Both the position numbers and the translations under genes were made by a program. This document shows positions 11,501 to 24,123 of a DNA stretch of 64,000 nucleotides, piece by piece. Under the pieces are notes generated by a model. It saw only the letters and a program-made list of their open reading frames with translations, was not told the origin of the DNA and did not search any database. The stretch covers positions 62,001 through 126,000 of the forward strand of contig DF237033.1 of the NCBI GenBank assembly GCA_000708835.1, given 5' to 3'. Within the stretch, counting starts at the first letter, position 1. Every line of letters begins with the position of its first letter. The DNA is from Klebsormidium nitens. Its lineage: Eukaryota; Plantae; Klebsormidiophyceae.

Positions 11501-14500
11501 ACTGTGCGCAAGGAAAACGAGATATACGCTCCTTGGAGAGGCCATGACGCCCTGGTTCTCCGGGACTTGTACAAGTTATGCGCCCATGCTAAAAGGAACG
11601 CACTTCAGGCTTTTCAGGTTTGTCAGGACGCTATTAGCTGCCGAAGATTCAAAACTCCAAGTTTTGAGAGGCTGATGTTTAGAGTTTCAAAAACAATAGG
11701 ATTTACGGCAGAGCAGTCCTCTGGCCTCGACTCGTTCTATATCAATGAACTTGCTTCCCTTGCCGGAGTCCCGTTCTGCCACAAATTGGTGCGATACCTA
11801 CCCGGCTGCGCTGTCATCATCCTCGTCTTGATGACGTCAAAGGGGGTGGTGGTGACGGCAGCAAGGCCCCCGGAGAACCCCCCGACAGCAATCGTTTCCC
11901 ATGGCTTCAGCTCTCGTCGAATCCCTGCGGGAAAGCAAACCCGATGTTAGTCCGTGTTTGTCTGATGCTTTCAATGAGAAGCGGCTGTTCCTGGTTCTTT
12001 CACAGTATGCTTGGCTTACTTTGAAGCCGAATTGACAGCGAAAGTAACTGCTCGCCTGCCTTACCTGATAAGTTACTGAACCGGATCCCTGTGAAGAAGT
12101 TGTTCCTGACCAGTACAGTCAGAGCAAGCGAATCGGTGAAACGCAAAAGCTTCGAGTGCGGATTGAATAAACGCAGTGAGCACTCCGCTGTGTGACTCCT
12201 CCAATAACAGGACGAACAAGATGGTACGCTTTTCATGTAGATGGAAGAGTACAGATACGGCAGCCAAGAAAGCAGCCTGATTTGCTGTCGCACCTTTCCG
12301 TACGCCCTTCTTGATCTGCTCATAGATCATCATCCCAGCCACGTAGAACGGCACTTCTCGGAGAAGCGTCGCGGTCGTTCCACGGAAGAAGCCCGGAAGG
12401 CCGTCGCTCCTGAAAGGAAGGAGGGTGAAAGATTGAGATGCCAATCCTAAACCTAAAACCCTACAGCCTCCTCTTTTCTTCAATCCAACTCAGCCTCTAG
12501 GAAGTTCCGAAGACCCAGCTTTTCAGGGAAAATAAGGAATACAAATCGAGGCGTGCTACGAGTGTCACGGTTGTTTTACGGAAGAAGCCCGGAGGCCGAC
12601 GCTCCTAAATGAAAAGTTGGTGAAAGTCTGAGAAACCAAGCTCTGCCTCCTCCTTTCTTTGCTCCAACCCTCAGCCTCTAGAAGATCACGGGGACCCAGA
12701 CGTTTCAGAAACGGAGAGTCTTAGTGAGGTATACGACTGGGAACACCAACATTCGCATGTCCTATCGTTCAAGGTCATCCAAGGACAGCTAATCAAGCGA
12801 AGCAGATACAGTCCAAGAAATTGAGCGAAAGTAAGGTTTGATCTAACCTCTGGGTTTGATGTGAACTTTAAATACACTGTTGACGAATCAGAAAACGAGC
12901 GTAAGCACCTCTCGGCAGAGAGGCGATCATTCGTGAGAAGGCCGATGTGTTCGTTCTACAAGACCAGTCTCGTCCTTCGCAATAGATACGCCGAGCAAAG
13001 GAGCACATAGATGTACAACCCGCGACCTGGAACAACAAGTCGAAGCTCTGCCCTGACTTTGTCAAACCAAGAACTACTCTGAGCTACGTTTAGACTAACG
13101 TCCATATCATCCAAAGTTTGACCCTCGAAATCAAGGCCTCCAGACGCAACTAGACCTGGCGGAAGGAGAACGTGGATTGCACTTTGCAGTCCTAGACCCC
13201 CACACCACCTGGTCCTCAAGGCGCGTAACTGGTACTCTCGGCGGATTGACCCGTCAGCCGCTTTCGAAGCCGATCTACAGCATGAAAGCTGCTTTGCTAG
13301 GTTGCGAGAAATCCGGCAGTGACATTACCAGACTGGTTCTCGGGCACAAACTACCAAATGGTGTAGGGGATCGAAACTGCAAACTGCAGTCCGCGTTCTC
13401 CTCCCATCCGTTCTGACAGCCGCCGTCTGGGAGCTCTCATCGTTTCAGGTCGACAATATGTTTCCGTCCTAGCTTCCTTCTGAGTCTTTTTCACACAGCC
13501 TCTGCAGAAGAACCATGGTGAACAGCCTCCAAACGCGATAAGTAGCTGACCTGTACGTGCCGATCGCAGCTGCCTGCCAGTTGTCGTAGAGCCCCGCCTG
13601 GCACCGCTGCTTGATCACCTCGCAGGGGATGCGCAGCGCAGTGCCCATGAACGTGCTCGTAAACGACGCCAACGACTGCACCTGAGCAGGAGAGTGGAAG
13701 ACGTGGGTTTGAGAGCATGTCGAGATATTCAGGTTTCTCTGACTTTGTTTTCTCCTTTTATTTCTCACGGACGCCAGCAGCGCACCTGGAGATGAGAGAT
13801 GCCGTAGAGAGCTGCGTATGGAAAGAACGAGACTTCATCACAGGTGGTTTGTGTACCTCTAAAGGTTTTGAAAATGACGCCAACGACTGCACCTGAGCAG
13901 GTACAAGAAGACGTGCTGTTGCGACTTCACAAAAGCTTCAATGCAACGGTTATTAAAAGCGTGCCTTTTCCTACGGAGAACCCTCCATACACCTTGGGAG
14001 TGGATAAGGGCCGTGCAAATTAAGGAATGTGGTCGTAAACGAGGCCAACGATTGCACCTAAGCAGTAAAGCGAGCGACATGGTGTTGAGAACCTGTGATC
14101 CGGACTCGTCGGGCAACGCGTACATATCTTCCCCGTGTATCAAGACATGTGCATTCAATCGTTTTGGGCTCAACGTTCATCAGGTTTCTCGTCTCCTACG
14201 TTCATCGTCCATCGCCGTTTTCCAACAAACTAAGGATCATAAACCACATGTGGTGACACTTCCGAAGATCTTCGCATCGCCCTCTCGTTCTGGTGTTCGA
14301 GAAAAGGTTCACGTCGCTTCTGGACCAAACGCACCGTTGCCTTTCACGAGCATTACCGTTGCACCCTCCGAGGATTCCGGCATCGCCAGAACGTTCTGGT
14401 GTTCACATTCTGGAACTTTTGAGACTTGAAACCATTTCACATGTTCACGTGACCTACCTGCATTTCCGGAATGTCCGGGGCCACGTTTTTCAGCACCGCC

Positions 14501-17500
14501 TTGCTCGCCTCCAGCATGCCCGTCCGAAGGCCCTGCCTGCAGAGTGCATTCAACACAATCAGTTCGACCCTTCTTGATCCTGAAAAGGATTCTCCTCTGC
14601 TTTCGCTCTTGTCCGAGCACGTTCCACCTCCCACATCGTTTGCGTCATATTTCTCAACCGTTCCACTCAACGCCCTGTCAACGGATGACCTCTGCAGTAC
14701 ATTCCTAGCACCAAAACACTACCCGAGCCCCAAGCAATAAAACTGCATCGCTAAGCAAACATTTCTCCCGTCTCAAAGTTAATCTCTAACCTTTTTGCAC
14801 TCGGCCGAGTATCCCTACCGCACCTGTGAGCCCAATAAACGACCTGGTGTCAAGGGACTCACCCCGCAAACTGGCCCGCAATCGCTGGCACCGCCCCTCG
14901 GTACAGCCCCCGGGCGCCAATCTCGGGGAGCTGTTGGACCAGGTCTCGCAGAGACATGGTTGATGCTTGCACTCTCGTCTGGAAACCCAAGTCGTTCATC
15001 GTTAATCATCGTCGGTTACGAGTAAAGACAGGCGTCAGCAGAAGCAAGTCCTGACCTAAAGTTTACCGTGACCATAGGGAACAGATCTAGATCTCGACCG
15101 GGTCCGACGCGCCAGACCATCAGGGATTCCAGAATTATTTTTGGGCGGCACAAATACAAAACTGTACTCCGTACAAAAACTGAAAGCTGGACGCGCGTTC
15201 AAAACCCGAGCTTAAGCTATTGGGTATGACAAGCCTGTCAGAGAAGCTCCTGACCCGAAAAATCACGGGATGAAGCAAGCTGACTGCAAGTCTTTGCTAT
15301 CAGATACTTCTGGCGAGCTCGACAGCTGGAAGGTGGAGTCTGGAAGTAGAAAGTTGCAAACGACCACCTTCCTCGTGTCGACTGGCTGCAGAAGAAAGTA
15401 AGGACTGCGCATAATCGAGGCCTCTACGTGTCGGTCTGGAAACCTCCTGAATCGAAAATCGCAACTAACTTCGAGCCTTTCATCTCAACTGTATCTGGAA
15501 TAGCCAGGAAATGAGATACCTGCGTTTTAGACACGGCCCACCTTCATAGTGTCGACTGGATGTAGAAAGAAAGTTGGGATCGCACAAGCAAGGCCTCCCG
15601 CCAGAGCCGATTTCAGCACGCTTCCAGTGGCAACAGCAGGGGCATAGAGGGGAACCACGGTAGCCGCCTCAAACCACACGGTGCTGCACGAAAGAAGTTT
15701 TGGTGTTTGGCATTTGCATTTCGTCTCTGTTCCAATCTTCTTCTGCTAAATGTTGCTAGCATGTCTCGTCGGAAGTCCACTCTTCAATTCGACACGCTCC
15801 CAGTGACAACAGCGGGGGCGTAGAAGGGACCCACAGTGGCCGCCTCAAACCACACGGTGCTGCACGAGAAAAGTTTTGGTAATTGGCGTTTGCTTTGTCT
15901 TTATTCCCATCGGTTTCTGCTAAATCTTGCTAGCATGTCTTTCGGAAGTCCACTCTTGTGGATTTGAAACGCTCCAAGTGGCAACCGCGGGGGCGTAGAG
16001 GGGAACCACAGTTGCCGCCTCAAACCACACGGTGCTGCACGGGAGATTTTTTGCTATTTGGCGTTTGCTTTGTCTTGTTTCCATCGGATTCTGTTGACTT
16101 TTGCTAGCACGTCTCTTCGGGAGTCCACTGTTGACGCTCCCAGTGCCAACAGCGGGGGCGTAGAAAGGAAACCACAGTAGCCGCCTCAAACCACACGGTG
16201 CTGCACGATAGAAGTTTGGGTGTTTGGCATTTGCTTGTCGTCTTTGTTCCGATCGATTTCTGTTGTGTTTTGCTGGGAAGTCTCGTTGGAAGTCCACTCT
16301 TGACTTTGAAACGCTCCCAGTGACAACAGCGCGGGCGTAGAGGGGAACCACAGTAGCCGCGTCAAACCACACGGTGCTGCAAAGAAAGATCCCTTCGGTA
16401 TGTATCGTCTCCTGATTTTGTTTGATCCTTTTCTGTTGCCTTCTTCTGAGTTTTCACCGTGACCTTAAGAAGCTCCCCTTAGCTACAGCAAGGGCGAAGA
16501 GAGAAGCCACAGCGGCCGCCTCGAACCACACGGTACTGCAAAAGAAACATATATTCGGCCTCTGGTGTATTCTCTTTGTCTTTGATCCTTTTCTGTTGCG
16601 TTTTGCGAGCGGATTTTTCTGAAACTCCACCGTAACCCTCAGAAACTCCCCGTAGCGACAGCAGGGGCGTGAAGAAGTAGTACCGTGGCCGACTCTAAGC
16701 ACACGGTACTAAAAGGAAGAACATTGGATTGATAGCATTTGCTCGTCAAAGGTGTATCCTTCTCGGTTGCTTTTTGCTAACGGGTCTTTCTAGCTTTCCG
16801 CTTTAATGGAAAGATGTCAGGCGCGAAGCAGGTGGCGCAGCCCATGCATGACAGCCACAACAAAATACTTTGCAGGCGCCAGCCGACGATCCGGGTGATG
16901 TCCTACTGTTTCCTTTGCTACTCCTACCGAGCACGTTCAACTTAGACAGCAAATCAAAGGAGCTGGAGTACTGCTCGCGCACCTGGTAAGGGGTTCGAGA
17001 CGCCTGAGTAAGTGGCGGACTCTTCGAGAACATCCTACGAAACGTTCTAGACACTCCGTATTGAGCCCAAAAGAAGGAAAGGCGCTGACCTCGGGTGATC
17101 TCTTAGGCGTTCGGGGGGCAGCAACAGCAGGAAGTTCCGGAACTGTCCATAAGCTATCTGGCCGTCGGCTTCTCCCGTCAAAAAGCGCATCTGCAAAATG
17201 GACTGACATTCTCAGGACAACCTTCTTCGCTGTAAAGCCAGCTACATTATCTTCTGCGATAGGTTATGACCCGCTTTCGGACGATGCTGGAGTACGAGTA
17301 CGTGCTGGCAAGCTTGGAACGGGTACCCTTTCGCGGGGTTCGAATCACGTTCTAACAATTCAAACGAAGGCGACAAAGCATTCTTCTGAGCACACCATTG
17401 CAGGCTCTGTCGACCGGATATACCCCACGTCAGCATCTTCAAAGAGCTCTCCACAGAACGAGACTCCTAATATGTCTTCAACCCAATGCACAAAAAATAT

Positions 17501-20194
17501 AAAACTCTCACTAGAGCATATCTGCTCCGGTCCATCTTTGGCAACCGGTTACGTTGCAGGCTTGCCTTGACGTGAATCCGTCTCAGTCCCCCGATAACTC
17601 TTACACCGGGCAAGATGCTGGAATCGGGCAACTTTCTTAAAGGTAGAACTCACCATAGCGTTTATGTTGCGGTCTGTCGTTGGCAGCCCGTGGCGCTGCA
17701 GGCTCGCCTTGATGTGGCTCCAACTCAGCATTCCAAAAAGCCCTAACCAAACGACACTCCCGAAGTTGCAATGATTATAGCCCCTAAAAGGTAAACCTCT
17801 CAACGTCGCATCTATCTTCCAGTCTGTCGTTGGCAGCCCTTCTCTGTGAAGGCTCGCCTTGATGTGTCTGCATCTCAGCATCCCAAAAAACTCGCAAAAG
17901 ACTCCCCAAAAACTTGAGCACCAAAGCCCCAAACGATATGATCCTCACCATAGCGTTTATGTTCCGGTCTGTCGTCGGCAGCCCATTGCGTTGCAGGCTC
18001 GCTTTGATCTGGCTCCGCTGCAGCGTTCCTGCCGAGTTCAAGTCAAGCGAGTTGTATGCCCGCAGAATCGCTGGTTCCCGCTCGTCCATCAGCGCTGAGA
18101 ACTCCTCCCACGTGAAGGACTTTGCAAAGAGGCCGCGCCGGACTTTGTGCAAGAACTTGCGCGCATACTCCTGGAGAGGAGGAGAAACTCCAGTTGTGAA
18201 TCTGGTCCACAACGGACGTGGAATTTAGCACATGAAATTGGGTTTTAGTCGTCCATCAGCGCCAAAACTTCTCCCACATGAAGGACTTTGCAGCGAGGCT
18301 GCGCCTGACTTTGTAAAAGTGCCAGACTTTGTAAAAGTGCACAATGATCTGCACGCATGCTTCTGGAGAGATGGACAACACCAATCTGAAACTTTTTCTG
18401 GCATGCAGACAAATGTTCCAAAGTGTTGGAAAACTTTGTGGGACGAAAGGCGGACTTTAAGCACTCACTTTCAAACGTGCGCCTTAGTTGGATCCTATCA
18501 ATCAACTGCTATATGCAGGGTAAAGAAAGCAGTTCCTGTATCGCTGACGTAACTGGGCAAGAAGAAGACAAGGGTTACGACTTAGGTGGGAGGAAACAAG
18601 TCCGCCTATTAACACTTCCGAGAGATCGAGCAGCTTACCTGAGGAAGCCGTCGACGCCGCATGGCTGCCTCAAGGTCTTCAAGCGTGACGTTCCCATCGC
18701 GGTCCGCGTCTAGTTCCTCAAAAAGGCGGCGGCCTGGTAGGGAACCAAACTCCGGGGTCAATGAGGTTGACTAAAACGGGTCTAATAGCGGATTCGATAA
18801 CGGGTTTGCTGACGGGTTTAACCGGTTTGGCAGAGTTATCTCTCGATGCAATTAGAGTAAGACCAAGGGACCAAATTGGCATGTAATGGGGACTAAGGGA
18901 AACTACATTGATTTGAGAGCGGTTTTGTCCATTCACCGATTGTGATAGCTAAGCAGGCGTGCAGGTTAGTATGATAATTCTGATCCCGTTCGATATTTCA
19001 TCCGGGAAAGGCCAAACGGGGTTGCTGCTTGTGGACGAGGGGGCGGTAAGCACACCCTTCAAAGCAAGAAGATAATTCAAAGAGAGTGGAAAATGCAGGA
19101 TTGAAACCCTCGCTGAAGAAACAGCGAATGGCCACAGGTTTCGAAAATGTGGAGCTTGTGGATGCATGGATGAGGGAGAGGCGTCGATCAGAATCAGGGT
19201 GCGATTCGCCCTTCTGAAGAACTTGGTGTGCTTGGCAACCTCAGAAGGCACCAGGGAAAAACGAAGTGACATTGAAGCCCTCCAGTGGCAAACCTGATAG
19301 TGAAAGAAAAGTATTGTCTGAGGAACAATAATGACAGCAGACTAGAAAACAAAGCACAAGAGCCCGACTCTCACCCTCCGCTTCAGTGTACCGGTAGAAC
19401 TCCTGCACCGACGACAGCTTCCGGCGGTCCGGATACGCCGTCTTCCGCAACGGCGGCAGATTGTCCATTACATTCGACGAGATTCCAGCCACCGCCAGTT
19501 TGACCGAATCCAAAACTGCCTCCGTTTGGCCAAGCAGCTGACTGGCCGTGCCAACCCCCCCCTCGGAGGGCTGCGCTTTCCCCCCCACCGGCGGGCTGAC
19601 TGTCGCACCCCCCTCGGGGAGCTGTGATTTTGCCCCCCCTCGTGACTGCTCTGCTTTTGGGGGGAGTTTCGACGGAGAGGGAAGGGATGCTTTTTGCGGA
19701 GAAGTGGATGGGGGGGGGTCGGTTTGGCTAAGCTGAGATCGCGAGCTGGTATTTGAGGAAGATTTAGAGTCCTGGTTCATGGGGTTGCTGTTTGAGGCGG
19801 CCCAAACCAGGGGGTTAGCGGAGATCCTGGCGGTTTGCAAGAGATTCGGTGGTTCGATAGACACGGATGGAAAGTCCGGTAGTTGCACCCCAAAGAAGGA
19901 GAATCTGCGTGCGCCAGCCTTTTCCTCTGTGGAAGAAGACCTTTCTTCCATTGCACCTTTCCGGAGATTGAAGTCTCCCCCAGCAGTCCAGTTCACAAAG
20001 GTGACTCCTCGTTGCATCCGCGGGTCATCGAGCTGGTCGGCTAACAGTGCGAGCGGGTTAGAGAGCGGGTTAGCGAACGGGTTAGCGAGCGAGGAAGGCA
20101 GCGGCCAATGAAAACCCTGGCCATGCTTGCTGTTGCTATTCGAGCCCCTTCCGTCTTCTGCTCCCTTTGTAAGGTTATTTCCCTTTCCCCCCAT
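8577..20194 (-). CDS. SAMTL: EF-hand-containing mitochondrial carrier family protein (At2g35800/SAMTL-like), ~1046 aa; exons (transcript order) 20194-19375, 18733-18639, 18170-17949, 17190-17090, 15683-15542, 14978-14863, 14536-14458, 13681-13551, 12409-12294, 11924-11802, 10695-10508, 9584-8577
   Basis: Twelve phase-consistent GT..AG exons (3141 nt). EF-hand loop DADRDGNVTLEDL, then SSVQEFYRYTEAEG and WFEAATVV, and three carrier signatures Px[DE]xx[KR]xR (HPVDTMKTRVQ, IPCEVIKQRCQ, TPFDVIKTRMM). The carrier domain ends RFFWIAPLGAMNFAGYELAKRAM as I recall for At2g35800. The last exon is a long low-complexity tail. Confidence 0.88.
10030..11600 (-). repeat. Donor echoes (~10346, 10198, 10036) and acceptor echoes (10894, ~11065, 11265, ~11590) flanking carrier exon 10695-10508
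   Basis: Repeated plus-strand CTTACCTCCGCTTCGCGCGCCTG (donor side) and GTCGCTCCCATGCTGCTCGCCACGCCTGGC (acceptor side), period ~150-200 bp. Confidence 0.9.
13660..14070 (-). repeat. Acceptor echoes of carrier exon 13681-13551
   Basis: GCCAACGACTGCACCTGAGCAG recurs at ~13878-13899, ~14043-14064 (one or two changes) and, more decayed, at ~13775-13790. Confidence 0.8.
15620..16715 (-). repeat. Seven-unit ~170-bp tandem array of the acceptor plus first ~60 nt of carrier exon 15683-15542
   Basis: GCCGCCTCAAACCACACGGTGCTGCA recurs with exon-start positions 15683 (real), 15859, 16034, 16200, 16376, 16535 and 16708. Confidence 0.95.
17640..18370 (-). repeat. Donor echoes (17654, ~17810) and acceptor echo (~18250-18370) around carrier exon 18170-17949
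   Basis: CTCACCATAGCGTTTATGTT.CGGTCTGTCGT.GGCAGCCC is duplicated at 17649-17690. CGTCCATCAGCGC..AACT.CTCCCAC.TGAAGGACTTTGCA is duplicated at ~18249-18292. Confidence 0.85.
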
Positions 20195-21699
20195 TCTTCT
20201 GCTCCTTCGCAACTAAGCCCTGCAGAACGTGTTGAGCGACCTGCAACCCAAAGGAAACACGTCATTACTTTTTTGGTGACTCCTAACTACTAGTAAGTCA
20301 ACCACTGTCCATTCGCTTCTCTTCTTAGACAGTAGAATCCCCTCCCAGAGACCTCTCTTTCAGCGACCAATGTGCTCTGGTTGGTATTCCCAAAATTTCT
20401 GGTCTCTCTCTGACTTCCTGGATGCTTGGGTATGGGAATCCGACCAACATCATCTTCGTGCCGATATGCACTGAAGGCACCCAGCAAAGCTCTGGTTGCA
20501 GCGCCATGTTCCAAGCAATTCAATTCATTATTCAATATGTAATTCAATATGTAACTTGTTCAAGAGACTGTAGTGTCTGCTAATTCTCAGGCGATCGTCC
20601 TGACAACTGCAAAGCGAGCCTCCTTGGGCAACCAAACATCAGCATCGCAGTAGTGAAACAGATGTGATGTCATTTGAGCCTTATCAAGTCGTAACAAAGT
20701 GCTTTGCTGATGTCAGCCCCAGAGATTAATGTGGTGCTCTTGCCAAGAGCTCTGGACTGTCTGATATGCATTCCCCTTCTTACGCATATCATCAGCACAA
20801 CTAAGCAAGAAGTATCATGCTTGTGCAGGTTGCCAGAAAAGACCTGTTTGGAGGATACTGAGACTGTGTGCACGAACTTCCATCTCTACAGTACAAAAGT
20901 TGACTGCCACATAAAGTGTGCCCACTGTTTTCGCAATGACTCTCTTGGAAATCTTTGTAGGTATACTGAGCCCCAAAACAGAAGACGTGCACGTCAACCA
21001 ATCGTCCATACCGTCAGCGGAGCATTTACTTCAGCAAGGTCCTGTGTGCCTGCTCATCCAAATATTTCTAGGATGGTTAAATAAGTTCGCCTTATATCAG
21101 AGTTGAAATTGGAACCAAAAGTATAAAGCTGGACCCAAACAATCACGCGCCCTGGGTTCGTGCCCAAACTAAAACCTTACTAGCCCCGCCTATCCCGAGC
21201 AAGATGTCTTGCTATATCTTGAGCTCTATTATAACTCACCAAGACCGGTGCTTATTTGCAAAGGTGCTTTGACAGCATGCGACTTGCAGCTTCACCCAAT
21301 TCAATTGTTCGTGCAAACAACAAAGTCAAGGAAGACGCACTAACCTTCTCAAAGTCTCAGCCCAAAGGACTCACCTGTTAGTCAAGTGTTTCCATCAATG
21401 CAGTCCCCCTCAATTTCCTTCAAACTCAAAGCCCTGAATTGGTCTGATAACCGACTTGTATGTACGCCACAGAGAAGATAGAAATGCTATCATCGAGCAT
21501 GCTGGTCTCGCAAACAGTAAATTCTTCAGCCTGCTCTGCAAGGAGAGCAAGCAAACTGGAGAGAGAAGGTACCCTTGGTCGCTCTGTGATATTAGGAAGA
21601 AGTGTCCGCTGCCACTCGCAACAGGTAGTCCAATGCGGCAATGCCAATGCCAATGCCAATGGCAAGGGCGCATTCGAGTCTCTGGATTTGACGAGGGTA

Positions 21700-21887
21700 G
21701 TCTCGATTTTATGTTGAGTCACGGCTATGTTGAGTTAGGTCATGCCCGGGGGACGGGTGGGGTTGGTTTGGGGGTTTAAGGGTGGGCACGGGTACAGAGC
21801 ATGTTAACCTTAGGTTTAGGTTTTTGGTTTGTTTGTGCCCGGGGTACTGATCTAAATCATACACCAAACTCAACATAAAATCGAGAC
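21700..21887. mobile_element. MITE copy 1 (188 bp, perfect 20-bp terminal inverted repeats)
   Basis: GTCTCGATTTTATGTTGAGT at 21700-21719 and its exact reverse complement ACTCAACATAAAATCGAGAC at 21868-21887. Preceded by TA, no coding capacity. Confidence 0.8.
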
Positions 21888-21957
21888 TTATTTTGACAAG
21901 GACGTAAGGTGGTGATTGTCACGTGACCACTCCGGTATCCCTATATCTGAGTGGATA

Positions 21958-22150
21958 ATCTCGAGTTTATGTTGAGTTTAATAGGTCTATGTTGAGTTAA
22001 ATCAAGTCCCCGGTCTCAAACAAACAAGAAACCTAAACCCACAGTTAACATGCTCCCCACCCGTACACTTCCTAAACCCCCAAAGCAACCCCATCCGTCC
22101 CCCGGGCATGATCCAACATGCACCTATAAACCTCAACATAAAGTCGAGAC
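21958..22150. mobile_element. MITE copy 2, inverted relative to copy 1, TA-flanked
   Basis: TA|ATCTCGAGTTTATGTTGAG ... CTCAACATAAAGTCGAGAC|TA. Its reverse-complemented interior aligns with copy 1 (CATGCCCGGGGGACGG.TGGGGTTG.TTTGGGGGTTTA...AGCATGTTAAC...GGTTTAGGTTT). Confidence 0.8.
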
Positions 22151-22578
22151 TAACGTGACGGTACTCAAGTCGAACTTAAAGTCGAAAGTTGGAAATTGAA
22201 TGGCTCCATGGACTCGGAGTGGACTCTGGAGTCTGGACTCAGGAGTTGCCACGCAAAGTTTCAGACAGTCAGCTGCATTATGCGCTGGCGGTTCTAGGCA
22301 TCATCAGATTCATCTGCTCCTCGGTGGCAGATCCATTGCAGAATCTGAGAAGGGAAGGGCTTCGGCAGGGCTGCGAGCTGGGCTTGCACACCCCGTAATT
22401 TTTTCGCCAAGAAACAACGCGCAGGAGGTCCGAGACCTTCTTTAACGTCAACAACATTGTATCAGTTCTGGGCTTTAGTCCATCCGGGGAGGCCCCTCTC
22501 TCGTTAGATCTCGCCACTGCAGAGGGCGTAGGGCGGTACATTTGCTAGATCTAGCGGGCCCCCTGGAAATGCTGGACA

Positions 22579-24123
22579 ATGAAGTATTCAAAGTATCTTC
22601 CTTCCAGAGTGGGGAATGTCAAGTGGAACATGGTCGTGCCTGTAGTAATCTCCCTGATCTTTCTGATGATCCTGTGGCAGCAATTGGTACGTCGGTCCTC
22701 TCCAGACTCCTCCCTGCTGATGCGCTCAATTCCTCAGTCATACTATGTACCCACTGTTGCAAGAGATCTGCGCTTTCCCCCGGCCCGCAGCCGGGCTTTC
22801 CGCTGTAGCGATGCTCAAAGGGTTGGCCAAGCTGCCACCTGGCGCGCGTTGCTCGACTCTCAGGAAGTCTCGGTCAACTGCGCAGACTCCGTATACCTGG
22901 GCTTTGTGCGGGAGTTTCTGCAGGAGCAAGCGCCGGTGCTGATAAACGTGGGGGCAAACAAGGGGTACGGCATTATGCAATGGCTGATTGCATTTGACGG
23001 CAGTTTTGGGTTCAGTCTCAAGGACGCATATACTATGTATGAAAGCAGGTTCAAGGGGCAGCCGCGGTTATGCGGCGTGTGCCAAGATTGTGAGGAGGTG
23101 CCTCGCTCCTTGTCCCTCCTTTCCCACTCTGGTGTGAACTCCACTGCGACTTTGATTCGGAAACCTGTCATCTATGCGTTTGAGCCGGCCGTCAACAATT
23201 CATTGGTGCTAAAGGCACTCAAAGACATGATACAGTATCCAAGTGTGGAGATCATTCGCGCCGCAGCTTCCAACGTCACAGGGAAGATGTACTTCACAAA
23301 TTGTGCAGCGGGCCAGGAAACATGCCGGCTCGTTGCGGGTGCTGGCAAGGGTACCACAGTGATTGATGCGACAACCATCGACAGGTTCTTGCAGACGCGA
23401 AATATCCAGAAGGTGGACATATTGAAGATCGATGCAGAAGGGTGAGATCCTGCTCAATCATTCAAGGCCCTTTTTGTCAGTTGATTGTAGTGTCTGTTCA
23501 GGATTGTCCCGGCATTGCTCTTGGTGGACTTATGCAAACGAAGTCGGTTGACCAGGGGCTGTGAGACAGCAGAGCGATTCTGAAGGTGTTTCCGTCTTCA
23601 TATCACTTTCATACCAAAACTCTCAAAAAGTCTCATTTCCCCTCCGCAAATGCATCTGTAGATACAAAGCAGACAAGATGTGTGGCCAGACTGTCACAAA
23701 CAAAATGAGTCCCTGGTTTTCTTCTTTGTTCAATGTAAACAAGGTCTCTGTGTTTCCTGTAGCTATGATCCATTGGTCTTGCAAGGCGCCCAATCGGCAC
23801 TGGCGCTGCATAAGATACGGGTTCTTGAATTTGAGTATCATGAGATCGAGCAGTGGGGGGCATGGAGACGGGGTTCTTCTTCCTTGGAGGAGGTGACTGC
23901 CTGGTTGGATGACCTTGGGTACGACTGCTACTTGGAGAGTGCTATGAATAAAGTGACCAAAACAGGTGCGACGCTGCAATTTGACCTTGTAAGGCTTACA
24001 GGATGCTGGGATTCCCGCTTAGAAATCAGAAAGTGGTCCAACGTAGCTTGTGTCCTACGAGAGGAGCTCGAAATGAGCATGATGTTCTTCAAGGCAAGTC
24101 GTTGGTTAGACCTATATATCTGA
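22579..24123 (+). CDS. FkbM-family (Methyltransf_21) SAM-dependent methyltransferase with N-terminal membrane anchor, 407 aa; exons 22579-23441, 23763-24123
   Basis: FkbM motifs VLINVGANKGYG, IYAFEP and VDILKIDAEG|YDPLVLQGA, joined across a phase-2 GT..AG intron. Hydrophobic anchor MVVPVVISLIFLMILW gives a type II membrane topology. Confidence 0.88.

Noticed and set aside
12294-12304. Donor after GGC (GTACGG) for carrier exon 12409
   Set aside because: It gives the wrong phase for the next exon. The donor at 12293 restores the phase and the spacing to the RELxxWE motif.
15920-16702. ORFs containing WFEAATVVPLYAPAV
   Set aside because: They are translations of intronic echo units of carrier exon 15683-15542.
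8577-24123. SAM-carrier-like gene beside a SAM-dependent methyltransferase as a functional cluster
   Set aside because: The carrier's substrate is not established and it is organellar, whereas the methyltransferase looks secretory. Adjacency alone is not evidence.
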